A stretch of DNA of 64,000 nt from Gaiellaceae bacterium (GTDB lineage Bacteria > Actinomycetota > Thermoleophilia > Gaiellales > Gaiellaceae), in NCBI GenBank assembly GCA_036273695.1, contig DASUHE010000066.1:12160-76159 (forward strand), in the 5' to 3' direction. Shown piece by piece: positions 9,919 to 18,768 of the stretch. Numbering within the stretch: the stretch's first letter is position 1; each line of letters starts with the position of its first letter. Made by a program: the position numbers and the translations under genes. The notes below the pieces were generated by a model that did not search any database, had not been told where the DNA came from, and worked only from the letters and a program-made list of their open reading frames with translations.

Positions 9919-10842
9919 TCACCTCGCGCGCACCCGCACGACTGCCGTCGCCGCGTGCCCGTTCTCGGCGACGACCAGCCGGTACGTGCCGGGAGTGGTC
10001 GGCGCCCGGAGCTGCAGAGCCGTTCCACGGTGCGCGCCGCGCCTCTGGCCGAGCCGCCAGGTGTAGCGCCGCACGGCGGTCTCGACGTGCACGCGGAACC
10101 TTCTGCCGCTGCGGACGGTCACGTGGTCCGGCGTGAGCTCGACGTAACGGACCTCGACCGTCACGCGCACGCGACCGGCGGCCGGTGTCACGTTGCCCGC
10201 GACGTCCTGCGCGCCGATCGAGAGGACGTACCGGCCCGCGCGCACCGGCTTGCCGTCGACCTTCCCGGCCCACTTGATCTTGTCGTGGACCCGCGTCTTG
10301 CGGCCGAGGACGATCTGGCGCGCACCGAGGTAGACGACGGCATGCGCCGGCTCGCTGAGCGTGTAGCTGATCGCCACCGAGCGTCCCGGCCCGGCGAGCA
10401 GGACGGGCTTCAGGCCCTTGGCGAGCACCTTGGGCGGCTTCGTGTCGAGCACCATCTTGTTGGCGAGCTCGAACTTCTTGCGCCCGTTGAGGGTGATCCA
10501 CGGGTAGTAGTCGCCGTCCGGCGCCCGGTCCCCGGTCTCGGTCGTCCCGTTCCAGACGACGTGGTGCAGGCCGCGCGCCGAGAAGAGGACGTCGGAAGCG
10601 ACCGTGTCGACGGTCGTGTGGGACGCGTCCACGATCGTGACCGTCACGCGATCCGCGTGCCGGAGCCTGAACTTGATCCTCGCCACGCGGGTCGGGCACT
10701 GACAGACCGGCGACAGGACCTTCGGCACGACCGTCCCGAAGAGAGCGCTCTTGGTGAGCTTGAGGTGCTCGGTGATCACGAAGGCGGCAGCCGTGGCCAC
10801 CAGCAGGCCCAGAAGGGTGACCGTCGTGAGAACCCGCTGCAA
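9919..10842 (-). CDS. membrane-anchored protein with FlgD-Ig-like (beta-sandwich) repeats
   Basis: TTG start. There is an N-terminal TM segment. Motifs such as APDGDYYPWITL and RAGRYVLSIGAQDVAGNVT resemble FlgD_ig / Ig-like domains. Confidence 0.55.
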   Translation of the reverse strand: MQRVLTTVTLLGLLVATAAAFVITEHLKLTKSALFGTVVPKVLSPVCQCPTRVARIKFRLRHADRVTVTIVDASHTTVDTVASDVLFSARGLHHVVWNGTTETGDRAPDGDYYPWITLNGRKKFELANKMVLDTKPPKVLAKGLKPVLLAGPGRSVAISYTLSEPAHAVVYLGARQIVLGRKTRVHDKIKWAGKVDGKPVRAGRYVLSIGAQDVAGNVTPAAGRVRVTVEVRYVELTPDHVTVRSGRRFRVHVETAVRRYTWRLGQRRGAHRGTALQLRAPTTPGTYRLVVAENGHAATAVVRVRAR

Positions 10843-10880
10843 AGCCCGCTGATTCTACGGGCCCCCGATTAAGGAAGTTA

Positions 10881-11771
10881 TTAGGCCCGTTCGGGCGTCG
10901 TGCGCGGCTCGTTGAGCATCGTGCTCGCCGTATAGATCGTCAGTACGACGGCGAGGAGGACGAGCCCTGCTCCGAAGAGCCAGTTCGCGTACGTCCAGTT
11001 CGTGAGCAGGAGCTTGAGGCCGCTCATGATCAGGATCCCGCCGAGGCCGCCGCGGATCGTCAGATCCGGCACCTTCAGCGTGTAGCGCGCCGAGATGAGG
11101 ATCCCGGGGACCGAGCCGAGCAGGAGCCAGGCGGTGGCATGCAGGTCGACGTCGCCGATGATCAGGTGCCCGGCGCCGGCAATCCAGAGGAGGGCCGCGG
11201 CGTGGAAGATGTCGGTGCCGACGATCCGCGGCATGGTCAGCGGATAGACGAGCACCATCACGAGCCCGAAGTAGGTGCCGCTGCCGACGGAGGTCAGGCC
11301 GACGATGAAGCCGAACACGGCGCCGGTACCGAGCGCGATCAGCTTGTCGCGGCGGCTCATGATGAACGGCCGGTCGCTCGGCTGCACGCCTCGCTTGACC
11401 AGCGACTTCGCGAGGAAGCCGCTTCCGCCGCCGATGAGCGCAACGCCGATCGCGTAGCCGAGGATCGTCTCCGCGTTCGAGATTGAGTTCCGCAGGACGT
11501 AGGAGACGGCGACACCCGCGACGGCGAGCGGCCCGGAGCCGGCGAACAGCCAGAACGCGAGGTGGCCGTGCACCGTCTTGAGCCGACGATGCTGGACCGC
11601 TCCGAACGACTTGAAGATCGCCCCGTGGAAGATGTCGGTGCCGACCGCGTAGGTCGGCTTGAAGCCGAAGACGATGATCAGGATCGGCGTCATCAGCGAG
11701 CCGCCGCCGACGCCCGTCAGCCCGACGATCAGGCCGAGGCCGAGGCCGGTGAGCGTGAACTGCCAGGTCAT
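10881..11771 (-). CDS. TauE/SafE family sulfite/sulfonate exporter
   Basis: ATG at 11771 overlaps the cysN stop (ATGA). The protein is polytopic with duplicated GxGGG-type segments (LTGVGGGSLMTP ... LTSVGSGTYFG). Confidence 0.8.
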   Translation of the reverse strand: MTWQFTLTGLGLGLIVGLTGVGGGSLMTPILIIVFGFKPTYAVGTDIFHGAIFKSFGAVQHRRLKTVHGHLAFWLFAGSGPLAVAGVAVSYVLRNSISNAETILGYAIGVALIGGGSGFLAKSLVKRGVQPSDRPFIMSRRDKLIALGTGAVFGFIVGLTSVGSGTYFGLVMVLVYPLTMPRIVGTDIFHAAALLWIAGAGHLIIGDVDLHATAWLLLGSVPGILISARYTLKVPDLTIRGGLGGILIMSGLKLLLTNWTYANWLFGAGLVLLAVVLTIYTASTMLNEPRTTPERA

Positions 11772-13036
11772 GGCGCCGCGGACAGCACCATGCCCGCGCC
11801 GACGGTCTCGTTCGTAGCCTCGTCGATGAGCACGAACGCGCCCGTCAGGCGGTTCCGCTCGTACGGATCGACGAGAAGCGGCTCGGAGAGCCGTAGCCGC
11901 ACGACGCCGATGTCGTTCAGCTCGAGGCGCTCGGGTGCCGGAATGTCCTCGATCGTGCGGACGTCGACGCGCGAGACGAGCTCGTCGGCGATCGCGCGCA
12001 CCGAGCGCGAAGTCTGCTTCACCGCCAGCCGGGCGCGGGGCTCGAGCGGCCTGTCGCTCATCCAGCACACCCTCGCCTCGAGCTCTCGGGCGATCGTGGG
12101 CGGATCGGCCGGATCGGCCAGCATGTCGCCGCGCGAGACGTCGACGTCGTCGACCAGCCGGATCGTCACGGCCTTCGGCGGGATCGCCGCGTCGAGCGGG
12201 CCGTCGATCGTCTCCACGGCCTCGACCCGCGACCTAGCGCCGGCCGGCAGGACGACCACCTCGTCGCCCGCGCTCCAGACGCCGCCCGCGATCTCCCCCG
12301 CATAGCCGCGGTAGTCGTGATGCTCGCCCGAGATGGGCCTGATCACCCACTGGACGGGGAAGCGACGGCTGTCGAGATCGCGGTCGGAGGCGATCTCCAC
12401 CGTCTCGAGATGCTCGAGCAGGACAGGCCCGTCGTACCACGGCATGTGCTCGGAGCGATCGACGACGTTGTCGCCCTCGAGCGCCGAGATCGGGATCACG
12501 CGCAGGTCCGGCAGCCCGAGCTCGGTGAGCTCCGCGGAGATCTCGTCGAAGCGCTCCTGCGACCAGTCGACGAGATCCATCTTGTTGACGGCCACGACCG
12601 CGTGCGGGACGCGGAGGATCGAGAGGATGTAGGCGTGGCGGCGCGTCTGCTCGACCACGCCCTGACGGGCGTCGACGAGCACGATCCCGAGCTCCGCGGT
12701 CGAGGCGCCGGTGACCATGTTGCGCGTGTACTGGACGTGTCCGGGCGCGTCGGCGAGCTGGAAGCGGCGGTTCGGCGTCACGAACGAGCGATAGGCGACG
12801 TCGATCGTGATCCCCTGCTCGCGCTCGGCGCGCAGGCCGTCGGTCAGGAGCGCGAGGTCGACGTACTCGTTGCCTCGGCGCCGCGAGACGTCCTCGATGT
12901 GCTCGAGCTGGTCGACGAAGATCTGCTTCGTGTCGTAGAGCAGCCGGCCGATCAGCGTCGACTTGCCGTCGTCGACGGAGCCGCACGTGACGAGCCGCAG
13001 GAGCTCGGTCGACTGCGCTGCCTCAGAAATAGCCAA
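11768..13036 (-). CDS. cysN: sulfate adenylyltransferase subunit 1 (GTPase)
   Basis: G1 is GSVDDGKSTL, G3 is DAPGH and G4 is NKMD. TTG start overlaps the cysD stop. There is no fused APS kinase domain. Confidence 0.9.
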   Translation of the reverse strand: MAISEAAQSTELLRLVTCGSVDDGKSTLIGRLLYDTKQIFVDQLEHIEDVSRRRGNEYVDLALLTDGLRAEREQGITIDVAYRSFVTPNRRFQLADAPGHVQYTRNMVTGASTAELGIVLVDARQGVVEQTRRHAYILSILRVPHAVVAVNKMDLVDWSQERFDEISAELTELGLPDLRVIPISALEGDNVVDRSEHMPWYDGPVLLEHLETVEIASDRDLDSRRFPVQWVIRPISGEHHDYRGYAGEIAGGVWSAGDEVVVLPAGARSRVEAVETIDGPLDAAIPPKAVTIRLVDDVDVSRGDMLADPADPPTIARELEARVCWMSDRPLEPRARLAVKQTSRSVRAIADELVSRVDVRTIEDIPAPERLELNDIGVVRLRLSEPLLVDPYERNRLTGAFVLIDEATNETVGAGMVLSAAP

Positions 13037-13943
13037 CGCGCTTCCGATCCTCCATCGCGGCCTCGCTGAAGCGATCGTCGGCGCGCGTCTCGCCGCGCTC
13101 GGTGACGCGCGTCGCCGCGATCTCCTCCACGACCTCGTCGATCGTCGCCGCGCGCGACTCGACGCCGCCCGTGCAGGTCATGTCGCCGACCGTGCGAAAG
13201 CGGACCGAGGTCGTGAACGGATCTTCGCCCTCCATGCGCTCGACGTAGGGCGAGACGGCGTAGAGCATCCCGTCGCGGCGGAAGACCTCGCGCTCGTGCG
13301 CGAAGTAGATGGGCGGCAGCTCGAGCCGCTCGCGCGCGACGTACTGCCAGACGTCGAGCTCGGTCCAGTTCGAGATCGGGAAGACGCGGACGTGCTCGCC
13401 CTTGCGGACGCGCGTGTTGTAGATGTCCCACAGCTCGGGCCGCTGCGCACGCGGGTTCCACTGGCCGAAGTCGTCGCGGAAGGAGAAGATCCGCTCCTTC
13501 GCGCGGCTCCGTTCCTCGTCGCGGCGGGCCCCGCCGATTGCCGCGTCGAAGCGGTGCTCCTCGATCGCGTCGAGCAGCGTCGTCGTCTGCAGCCGGTTGC
13601 GCGACGCCCGCGGTCCCGTCTCCTCGACGACGCGGCCCTTGTCGATCGACTCCTGCACCGACGCCACGACGAGCCGCTCCCCGAGCTCGGCGATGCGGCG
13701 GTCGCGGTACTCGATCGCCTCCGGGAAGTTGTGCCCGGTGTCGACGTGCATGATCGGGAACGGGAACTTGCCGGGCCGGAACGCCTTCTCGGCGAGCCGC
13801 AGCAGCACGATCGAGTCCTTGCCACCCGAGAAGAGCAGCACCGGGCGCTCGAGCTCGGCGGCGACCTCGCGGAAGATGTGGATCGCCTCGGATTCGAGCT
13901 CGTCGAGGTGGGTCAGAGTCGGGATCGCGCGGGAGGTGCTCAC
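13023..13943 (-). CDS. cysD: sulfate adenylyltransferase subunit 2
   Basis: PP-loop is LLFSGGKDS. The C-terminus AMEDRKRVGYF is typical of CysD. GTGA overlap with the cysC stop. Confidence 0.9.
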   Translation of the reverse strand: MSTSRAIPTLTHLDELESEAIHIFREVAAELERPVLLFSGGKDSIVLLRLAEKAFRPGKFPFPIMHVDTGHNFPEAIEYRDRRIAELGERLVVASVQESIDKGRVVEETGPRASRNRLQTTTLLDAIEEHRFDAAIGGARRDEERSRAKERIFSFRDDFGQWNPRAQRPELWDIYNTRVRKGEHVRVFPISNWTELDVWQYVARERLELPPIYFAHEREVFRRDGMLYAVSPYVERMEGEDPFTTSVRFRTVGDMTCTGGVESRAATIDEVVEEIAATRVTERGETRADDRFSEAAMEDRKRVGYF

Positions 13944-14494
13944 AGCTCGGACTCCACCCGCTCGGGGATGAGGTTGAGCTCCTCGAGCCGGCCGAGCACG
14001 AGCGCCGCCGACTCCGACGGAGTGCGGCCGGTCGTCTCCAGGCGCAGCTCCGGCTCGAGCGGCTCCTCGTACGGCGCGGAGACGCCGGTGAAGTCCTCGA
14101 TCTCGCCCGCGAAGGCGGCGGCGTAGAGCCCCTTCGGGTCGCGTCGCGCGCATTCCTCGAGCGGTGTCGCCACGAAGATCTCGACGAACGGCGCGTGCTG
14201 CTCGACGAGGGAGCGCGCATGACGGCGCATCTCCTCGTACGGAGAGATGGCCGAGACGATCACGACCGCGCCGGCCCGGGCCAGGCGCGAGGCGACCCAG
14301 CCGATGCGGGCGATGTTCGTGTCGCGGTCCTCTTTCGAGAAGCCGAGCCCCTTCGAGAGGTGGGTGCGAACGATGTCGCCGTCGAGATGGTCGATGACGA
14401 AGCCACGCCGCTCGAGCTCGGGCTCGACGTTGTTCGCGATCGTCGTTTTCCCCGCGCCCGAGAGCCCCGTGAACCAGAGAACGAATCCGCTCAT
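13940..14494 (-). CDS. cysC: adenylylsulfate (APS) kinase
   Basis: P-loop is FTGLSGAGKTT, and LDGDIVR follows. ATGA overlap with the cysH stop. Confidence 0.9.
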   Translation of the reverse strand: MSGFVLWFTGLSGAGKTTIANNVEPELERRGFVIDHLDGDIVRTHLSKGLGFSKEDRDTNIARIGWVASRLARAGAVVIVSAISPYEEMRRHARSLVEQHAPFVEIFVATPLEECARRDPKGLYAAAFAGEIEDFTGVSAPYEEPLEPELRLETTGRTPSESAALVLGRLEELNLIPERVESEL

Positions 14495-15135
14495 GTGTGC
14501 AGCCCGCATTCGGTTCGCTCGGTGCCGGCCCAGCGACCCTCGCGGCCCTTGCCCGGCAGGGTCGAGTGCGTGTCGCCGATCGAGTCGTAACCCTGGTCGT
14601 GGAGCGCGTTGTAGGGAAGGCCGCGCTCGCGGATGTACGCCCAGCAGTCCTCGTCCGTCCAATCCGCCAGCGGGTTGGCCTTCCAGAGCTCGTGCTGCGC
14701 GTCCCAGCCGAGCTTCGGCGCGTCGGCTCGGGTCGGAGACTGGTCGCGGCGGATTCCCGTGATCCAGCAGTCGAGATCGAGCAGCGCACGATTGAGCGGC
14801 TCGATCTTCGCGATCGCGAGGTAGAGATCCGGATTCCTCTCCCAGAGACCGTCCTCGATCGAAGTGGGGGAGAACGTCAGGACCTTCGTGTCGTAGCGGC
14901 GCTCGACCTCGTGCCAGAGCGTCTCCGTCTCCGGGAACAGGTAGCCGGTGTCGATCGCGAACACCTGCGCGTTCGGCTCCAGCTCGAAGAGCATGTCGAG
15001 CAGCACCGACTCTTCCTTCTGGAACGAGCAGGCGAGCGCGACCCGCCCCGGGAACTCGCCGAGCACGTACTCGACGACCCGCTCTGCGGGCCAAGACTCG
15101 ACGTCAGCCGGCAGGTTGTGTTGCAGGCTCGCCAT
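14491..15135 (-). CDS. cysH: phosphoadenosine phosphosulfate (PAPS) reductase
   Basis: The C-terminus is ECGLH. SIGDTHST occupies the position where Fe-S APS reductases carry CxxC (E. coli type SVGDTHTT), so this is the PAPS-type enzyme. That is consistent with the adjacent cysC. Confidence 0.85.
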   Translation of the reverse strand: MASLQHNLPADVESWPAERVVEYVLGEFPGRVALACSFQKEESVLLDMLFELEPNAQVFAIDTGYLFPETETLWHEVERRYDTKVLTFSPTSIEDGLWERNPDLYLAIAKIEPLNRALLDLDCWITGIRRDQSPTRADAPKLGWDAQHELWKANPLADWTDEDCWAYIRERGLPYNALHDQGYDSIGDTHSTLPGKGREGRWAGTERTECGLHT

Positions 15136-15904
15136 CGAGCAGCACCTCCTTCAGCGTGTCGCCCCGCAGTCCGAGGCGGAGCGTCTCGAGCGGAATCACC
15201 TCGTCGGGTGGAATGTTGCCGAGATTCACCGCGGGGCCGAACTTCTTGATGAACCATGCCTGCGCGGCCTTCGTCGGCGCCTCGAAGACGACCTGCTCGA
15301 GGCCGACAGCTTCGGCGATCTCGCCGATCAGCTCGGTGCGCATGCCGCCGGCAGAGTCGAAGATGCCGGCGGTCCCGCCCTCGCGAGCTTCCGTGATCAC
15401 CTTCCACGCCCCAGCTTCGAGCTCGTCACGAAGCCATTCCGTCCACTCGTCGGCGGTGTACTCGACGCTCGGATCCTTCGAGCCGACCTCCGAGAGCACC
15501 GTGAAGTCGCGCGCGAAGTCGGCGATCAGCTCGAGCTTGCGCTCACGCGGGATCTCGACCGTGCCGTCGCTGATCTCGACGTGCGTCAGACCGAGCTCAC
15601 CGAGCCACGCCTTGTACTCGTCGAGCTGTCCCTTCACGTAGACGACTTCGAAGAACGTCCCGCCGATCACGACCGGCTTCTCACGGAGGACGTCGAGCTT
15701 CGCGCGCAGGTTCCGCGTCACCGCGGCGGTCCCCCACCCGAGCTTGACGATCGAGATGTAGTCGCCGCCCGTCTCGAGCACGTCCTGCCAGGCGCGCGGG
15801 CCGAGCCCCTTGTCGATGACGTGCGTGAGCCCGGCGGCGCGTGGCTCGCCGGCCGCCGCAGACACTCCTCGGAATCCGTCCTCGAAAGCTGCCATCGCCC
15901 TCAA
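15104..15904 (-). CDS. comA: phosphosulfolactate synthase (ComA/YitD family)
   Basis: The blocks VLSEVGSKD, KVITEAREGGTAGIF, VFEAPTKAAQAWFIKKFGPAVNLGNIP and LETLRLGLRGDT match my memory of the ComA/YitD family. The start may be M1 or M4. Confidence 0.8.
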   Translation of the reverse strand: MRAMAAFEDGFRGVSAAAGEPRAAGLTHVIDKGLGPRAWQDVLETGGDYISIVKLGWGTAAVTRNLRAKLDVLREKPVVIGGTFFEVVYVKGQLDEYKAWLGELGLTHVEISDGTVEIPRERKLELIADFARDFTVLSEVGSKDPSVEYTADEWTEWLRDELEAGAWKVITEAREGGTAGIFDSAGGMRTELIGEIAEAVGLEQVVFEAPTKAAQAWFIKKFGPAVNLGNIPPDEVIPLETLRLGLRGDTLKEVLLDGEPATQPAG

Positions 15905-15922
15905 CCTTACCTAATCATTGGA

Positions 15923-15937
15923 ATAGCGAACGCTTAT
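15923..15937. promoter_or_regulatory. imperfect dyad ATAGCGAACGCTTAT (contains a T-N11-A LysR-type box) in an AT-richer divergent intergenic region
   Basis: Seen directly in sequence between comA (minus) and the secreted-protein gene (plus). No regulator can be assigned. Confidence 0.2.
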
Positions 15938-16046
15938 CTTTCTAGCGAGCCGCCTTTCGGGACACGCTCGCAAGAGCCATCTTGATTGTCAGAACCGACA
16001 ACGCTAGCTTGACCTCCTCGCATTCGCCCATGAACAGGAGGTCACG

Positions 16047-16685
16047 ATGTCCGTACGACGCGCAGCACTCCTCGCGCTGCTCCTCGCAGCAGCGGTCGCG
16101 ATTCTCGGTTCGGCAGGACCGGCGGTCGCCACCGAGAGCGCCATTCCCCTCCAGCCCGACGAAGCCCAAGCCCTCGCAACTGCTCCGGCCAGCGTGCCGA
16201 GCGGCTCGTCGACCAGCTTGGTCGACGGCCAGACGGCGCTCGATGCGTCGAAGCTGCCCGGAGCCGACACCGAGATCGAGGGCGACATCTCGCCCGACGC
16301 GGCGGTGGGCATCATCGCGCCCGGCGGAAACGCCATCTCGGCGACCAGACCGATTTGCTGGGCGGTGGCGGCGTGGCATCAGTGGGGCACCTGGCCGTAT
16401 CAGCAACGGATCACCGATACGACGTACTGGTGCGCCGTCTTCGGCAGTCACATCACCTTCCGGAGCTCGGTCACCACGGCCTCCGGCACGCTCTGCGGCG
16501 TCGAATGGCGCACGAACGGGGTGATCGCGGGCGGGGTCGGCCGCTACTTCACGTACTTCACGAACCGCGCGTCGGCCGGCTTCGCGTGTCAGACGGCGAT
16601 CCCGTGGATCACGCTCCACACCTCGCATCACGAGGACCTGAAGCACACCGACCGCGGCGTGACGACGTTCGTCGGCACAGGCTGA
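16047..16685 (+). CDS. secreted protein of unknown function (4 Cys)
   Basis: A strong SD (AGGAGG) lies 7 nt upstream of the ATG. The signal peptide is MSVRRAALLALLLAAAVAILGSAGPAVA. The Trp/Cys-rich C-terminal domain matches no family I recognise. Confidence 0.65.
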   Translation: MSVRRAALLALLLAAAVAILGSAGPAVATESAIPLQPDEAQALATAPASVPSGSSTSLVDGQTALDASKLPGADTEIEGDISPDAAVGIIAPGGNAISATRPICWAVAAWHQWGTWPYQQRITDTTYWCAVFGSHITFRSSVTTASGTLCGVEWRTNGVIAGGVGRYFTYFTNRASAGFACQTAIPWITLHTSHHEDLKHTDRGVTTFVGTG

Positions 16686-16689
16686 GCGG

Positions 16690-17658
16690 TCAGTAGACCT
16701 CGTACAGAAGCCGTTCGATCTCGGCCGGGCTCGCGGGCCGCGGGTTGGCGAGGTTCCCCCCTCGTTCGGCCGCCGCAACTGCGAGCCCGGGCAGATCGGC
16801 CTCGGGCACGCCGAGCTCGCGCAGCCGGGTGGCGCCGGCGAGTGCGGCCAGCGCCTCGACCCGGCCGGCGGGATCGCCGGCAGCGCCGACCGCCTCGCCG
16901 AAGCGCACGACGGCGTCCGGAGCGAAGGCGGCGTTGAAGCGGAGCACCGGCGGCAGGCAGATCCCGTTGAGCGTTCCGTGTGGCAGCCCGTAGGAGCCGC
17001 CGATCGCCTGCGCCATCGCGTGCGCCAGCGCAAGCCCCGAGCCGGCGAGCGCCGCACCGCCGTGACACGCGCCCCGCAACAGCCCCGTGCGAGCGTCGAG
17101 ATCCCGTGGGGAGGCGACCACCGGCGGCAGCCATTCCGCGATCAGGCGGGCCCCGGTAAGGGCGTCCCCGTCGGCGGCGGGGTTGTGTCCCTGCACGTAG
17201 AGCGCCTCGGCGCAGTGCGCCAGCGCGTTCATCGCCGTGCCGACGCTCGTCTCCGCCGGCAGCCCGAGTGTCAGCTCGGGCTCGTAGACGATCGCGGCGG
17301 GATGCGCTCCGCCTCCCCCGCCTCGCATCCGTCGCCCGCGATCGCGAACACCGAAATAGCTCGTCCACTCGGCTCCGGCGTACGTCGTCGGCACCGAGAC
17401 GAGCGGCAACCCGGCGGCCGAGATCGCCTTCCCGAGATCGATTGCGCTCCCCCCGCCAACGGCCAGCACGCCGTCCGCGTCGCGCGCCGCGGCGACGGCC
17501 TCGCCGACTCGGTCCGACGGAACCTCGGTCCACCGCGCGGCCGCCGCGACCGGAAGGGCCAGCTCGTCCCAGCGCGTGCTCGCGACCAGGAGCGGAGACG
17601 CCACGCCCACGGCCGCGCACGCTTCCGCGAGCGAGCCGAGACCCCAGCGGACGATCAT
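16690..17658 (-). CDS. iron-containing alcohol dehydrogenase / maleylacetate reductase family
   Basis: GGGSAIDLGKA is present, along with the His-rich metal site region (NALAHCAEAL, LAHAMAQ). ATGA overlap with the LysR gene stop. Confidence 0.75.
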   Translation of the reverse strand: MIVRWGLGSLAEACAAVGVASPLLVASTRWDELALPVAAAARWTEVPSDRVGEAVAAARDADGVLAVGGGSAIDLGKAISAAGLPLVSVPTTYAGAEWTSYFGVRDRGRRMRGGGGGAHPAAIVYEPELTLGLPAETSVGTAMNALAHCAEALYVQGHNPAADGDALTGARLIAEWLPPVVASPRDLDARTGLLRGACHGGAALAGSGLALAHAMAQAIGGSYGLPHGTLNGICLPPVLRFNAAFAPDAVVRFGEAVGAAGDPAGRVEALAALAGATRLRELGVPEADLPGLAVAAAERGGNLANPRPASPAEIERLLYEVY

Positions 17659-18548
17659 CGCAGCCGCTCGCGCGCATAGGCGACGAACTCCTGCGTGACG
17701 CGCGTCTCGGCGCGGCCGGTCGCCCGCGCGAGCTGGACGTCTCTCGCCGGTTCGAGGCCCTCGACGCGCGCGGTCGCCAGCGCGCCTGCGGCGAGATCCC
17801 CCTCGATCGCGATCCGCGAGATGAAGGTGGCGCCGAAGCCGCCGAGCACCGCAGCGCGCGCCGACTCCTGCAGCCCGAGCTCGAGCTTCACGTTCAAGTC
17901 GCGCAAGCGAACGCCGAGCTCGCGCAGCTCGTCGTCGATCATCTGCCGGATGCCGGCCCCGTCCTGCATGAGGACGAGCGGCTCGGCCTTCAGTTCCTCG
18001 AGCGTCATGCTCTTCCCGGCACGCCTGTGCCCGGCGGGGACGGCGAGCACGACCTCGTCGCGGTACAACGGCTCGAACGTGACCCCGCGCTGACGGCCGG
18101 CCGCGCCGACGACACCGAGCTCGAGCTCGCGCCGCCCGACCTGCTCCACCACCGTGTGCGTGTCGGACACGGTCAGCGCGACGTGCACCTGCGGGTGGAG
18201 GCGCTGGAACTCGCCGAGCACGACGGGCAGGACGCTCCCGCCAGGCCCGGTGGAGGCGCCGATCTCGAGCCGCCCCTCGAGCTCGCCTTCGGCTTCCTGA
18301 CCCAGCTCCGCCAGCAGCTGCTGTTCGAGGCCGAGCAGCCGCTGCGCTCCGCGGTAGAGCCGCAGTCCCGCCTCCGTCGGCTCGACGCGGCGGCCCGAGC
18401 GATCGAGGAGGCGCTGGCCGACGCGCTGCTCGAGCGACCGGATCTGCAGGCTGACGGCAGGCTGCGTCACCCCGAGCTGGTCGGCCGCCTGGGAGAAGCT
18501 CCGCCGCTCGACCACCGCGCAGAACGCCGCCAGCTGCTTCGTATCCAT
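17655..18548 (-). CDS. LysR family transcriptional regulator
   Basis: ATG at 18548 gives MDTKQLAAFCAVVERRSFSQAADQLGVTQPAVSLQIRSLE (wHTH), followed by a substrate-binding domain. Confidence 0.85.
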   Translation of the reverse strand: MDTKQLAAFCAVVERRSFSQAADQLGVTQPAVSLQIRSLEQRVGQRLLDRSGRRVEPTEAGLRLYRGAQRLLGLEQQLLAELGQEAEGELEGRLEIGASTGPGGSVLPVVLGEFQRLHPQVHVALTVSDTHTVVEQVGRRELELGVVGAAGRQRGVTFEPLYRDEVVLAVPAGHRRAGKSMTLEELKAEPLVLMQDGAGIRQMIDDELRELGVRLRDLNVKLELGLQESARAAVLGGFGATFISRIAIEGDLAAGALATARVEGLEPARDVQLARATGRAETRVTQEFVAYARERLR

Positions 18549-18691
18549 AAGAACACCGGGGAATATGTACTTGGCGAACCCAAACGGGAACGTCGAGTAC
18601 AACCCAGCCTAGTGAGTACCTCCCATGAGGAAATCTTATAGAGGGTAGAGGTCCGACCGACGTTCTCTATAATGTGCGCGAGGTTGAACAG

Positions 18692-18761
18692 GCGCGGGTT
18701 GCCCGAGCGGCGACAAGAGCCCCTTGGCTCTGCCTGCATGGCTAGCTGCTCGGGTCCGCGC
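18692..18761. other. 70-nt GC-rich three-segment stem-loop (possible small RNA or bidirectional terminator)
   Basis: Three pairings are seen: GCGCGG(18692-97)/CCGCGC(18756-61), CCCGAGC(18702-08)/GCTCGGG(18748-54), and AGAGCC(18716-21)-CCTT-GGCTCT(18726-31). A TATAAT lies at 18668-73 upstream, and CTTTCTT follows the structure. Confidence 0.35.
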
Positions 18762-18768
18762 GACTTTC

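Noticed and set aside
14491-15135. CysH as an Fe-S APS reductase
   Set aside because: The CC and CxxC cluster ligands are absent (SIGDTHST instead of SxGCxxCT), and a separate APS kinase gene is adjacent. It is therefore called PAPS reductase.
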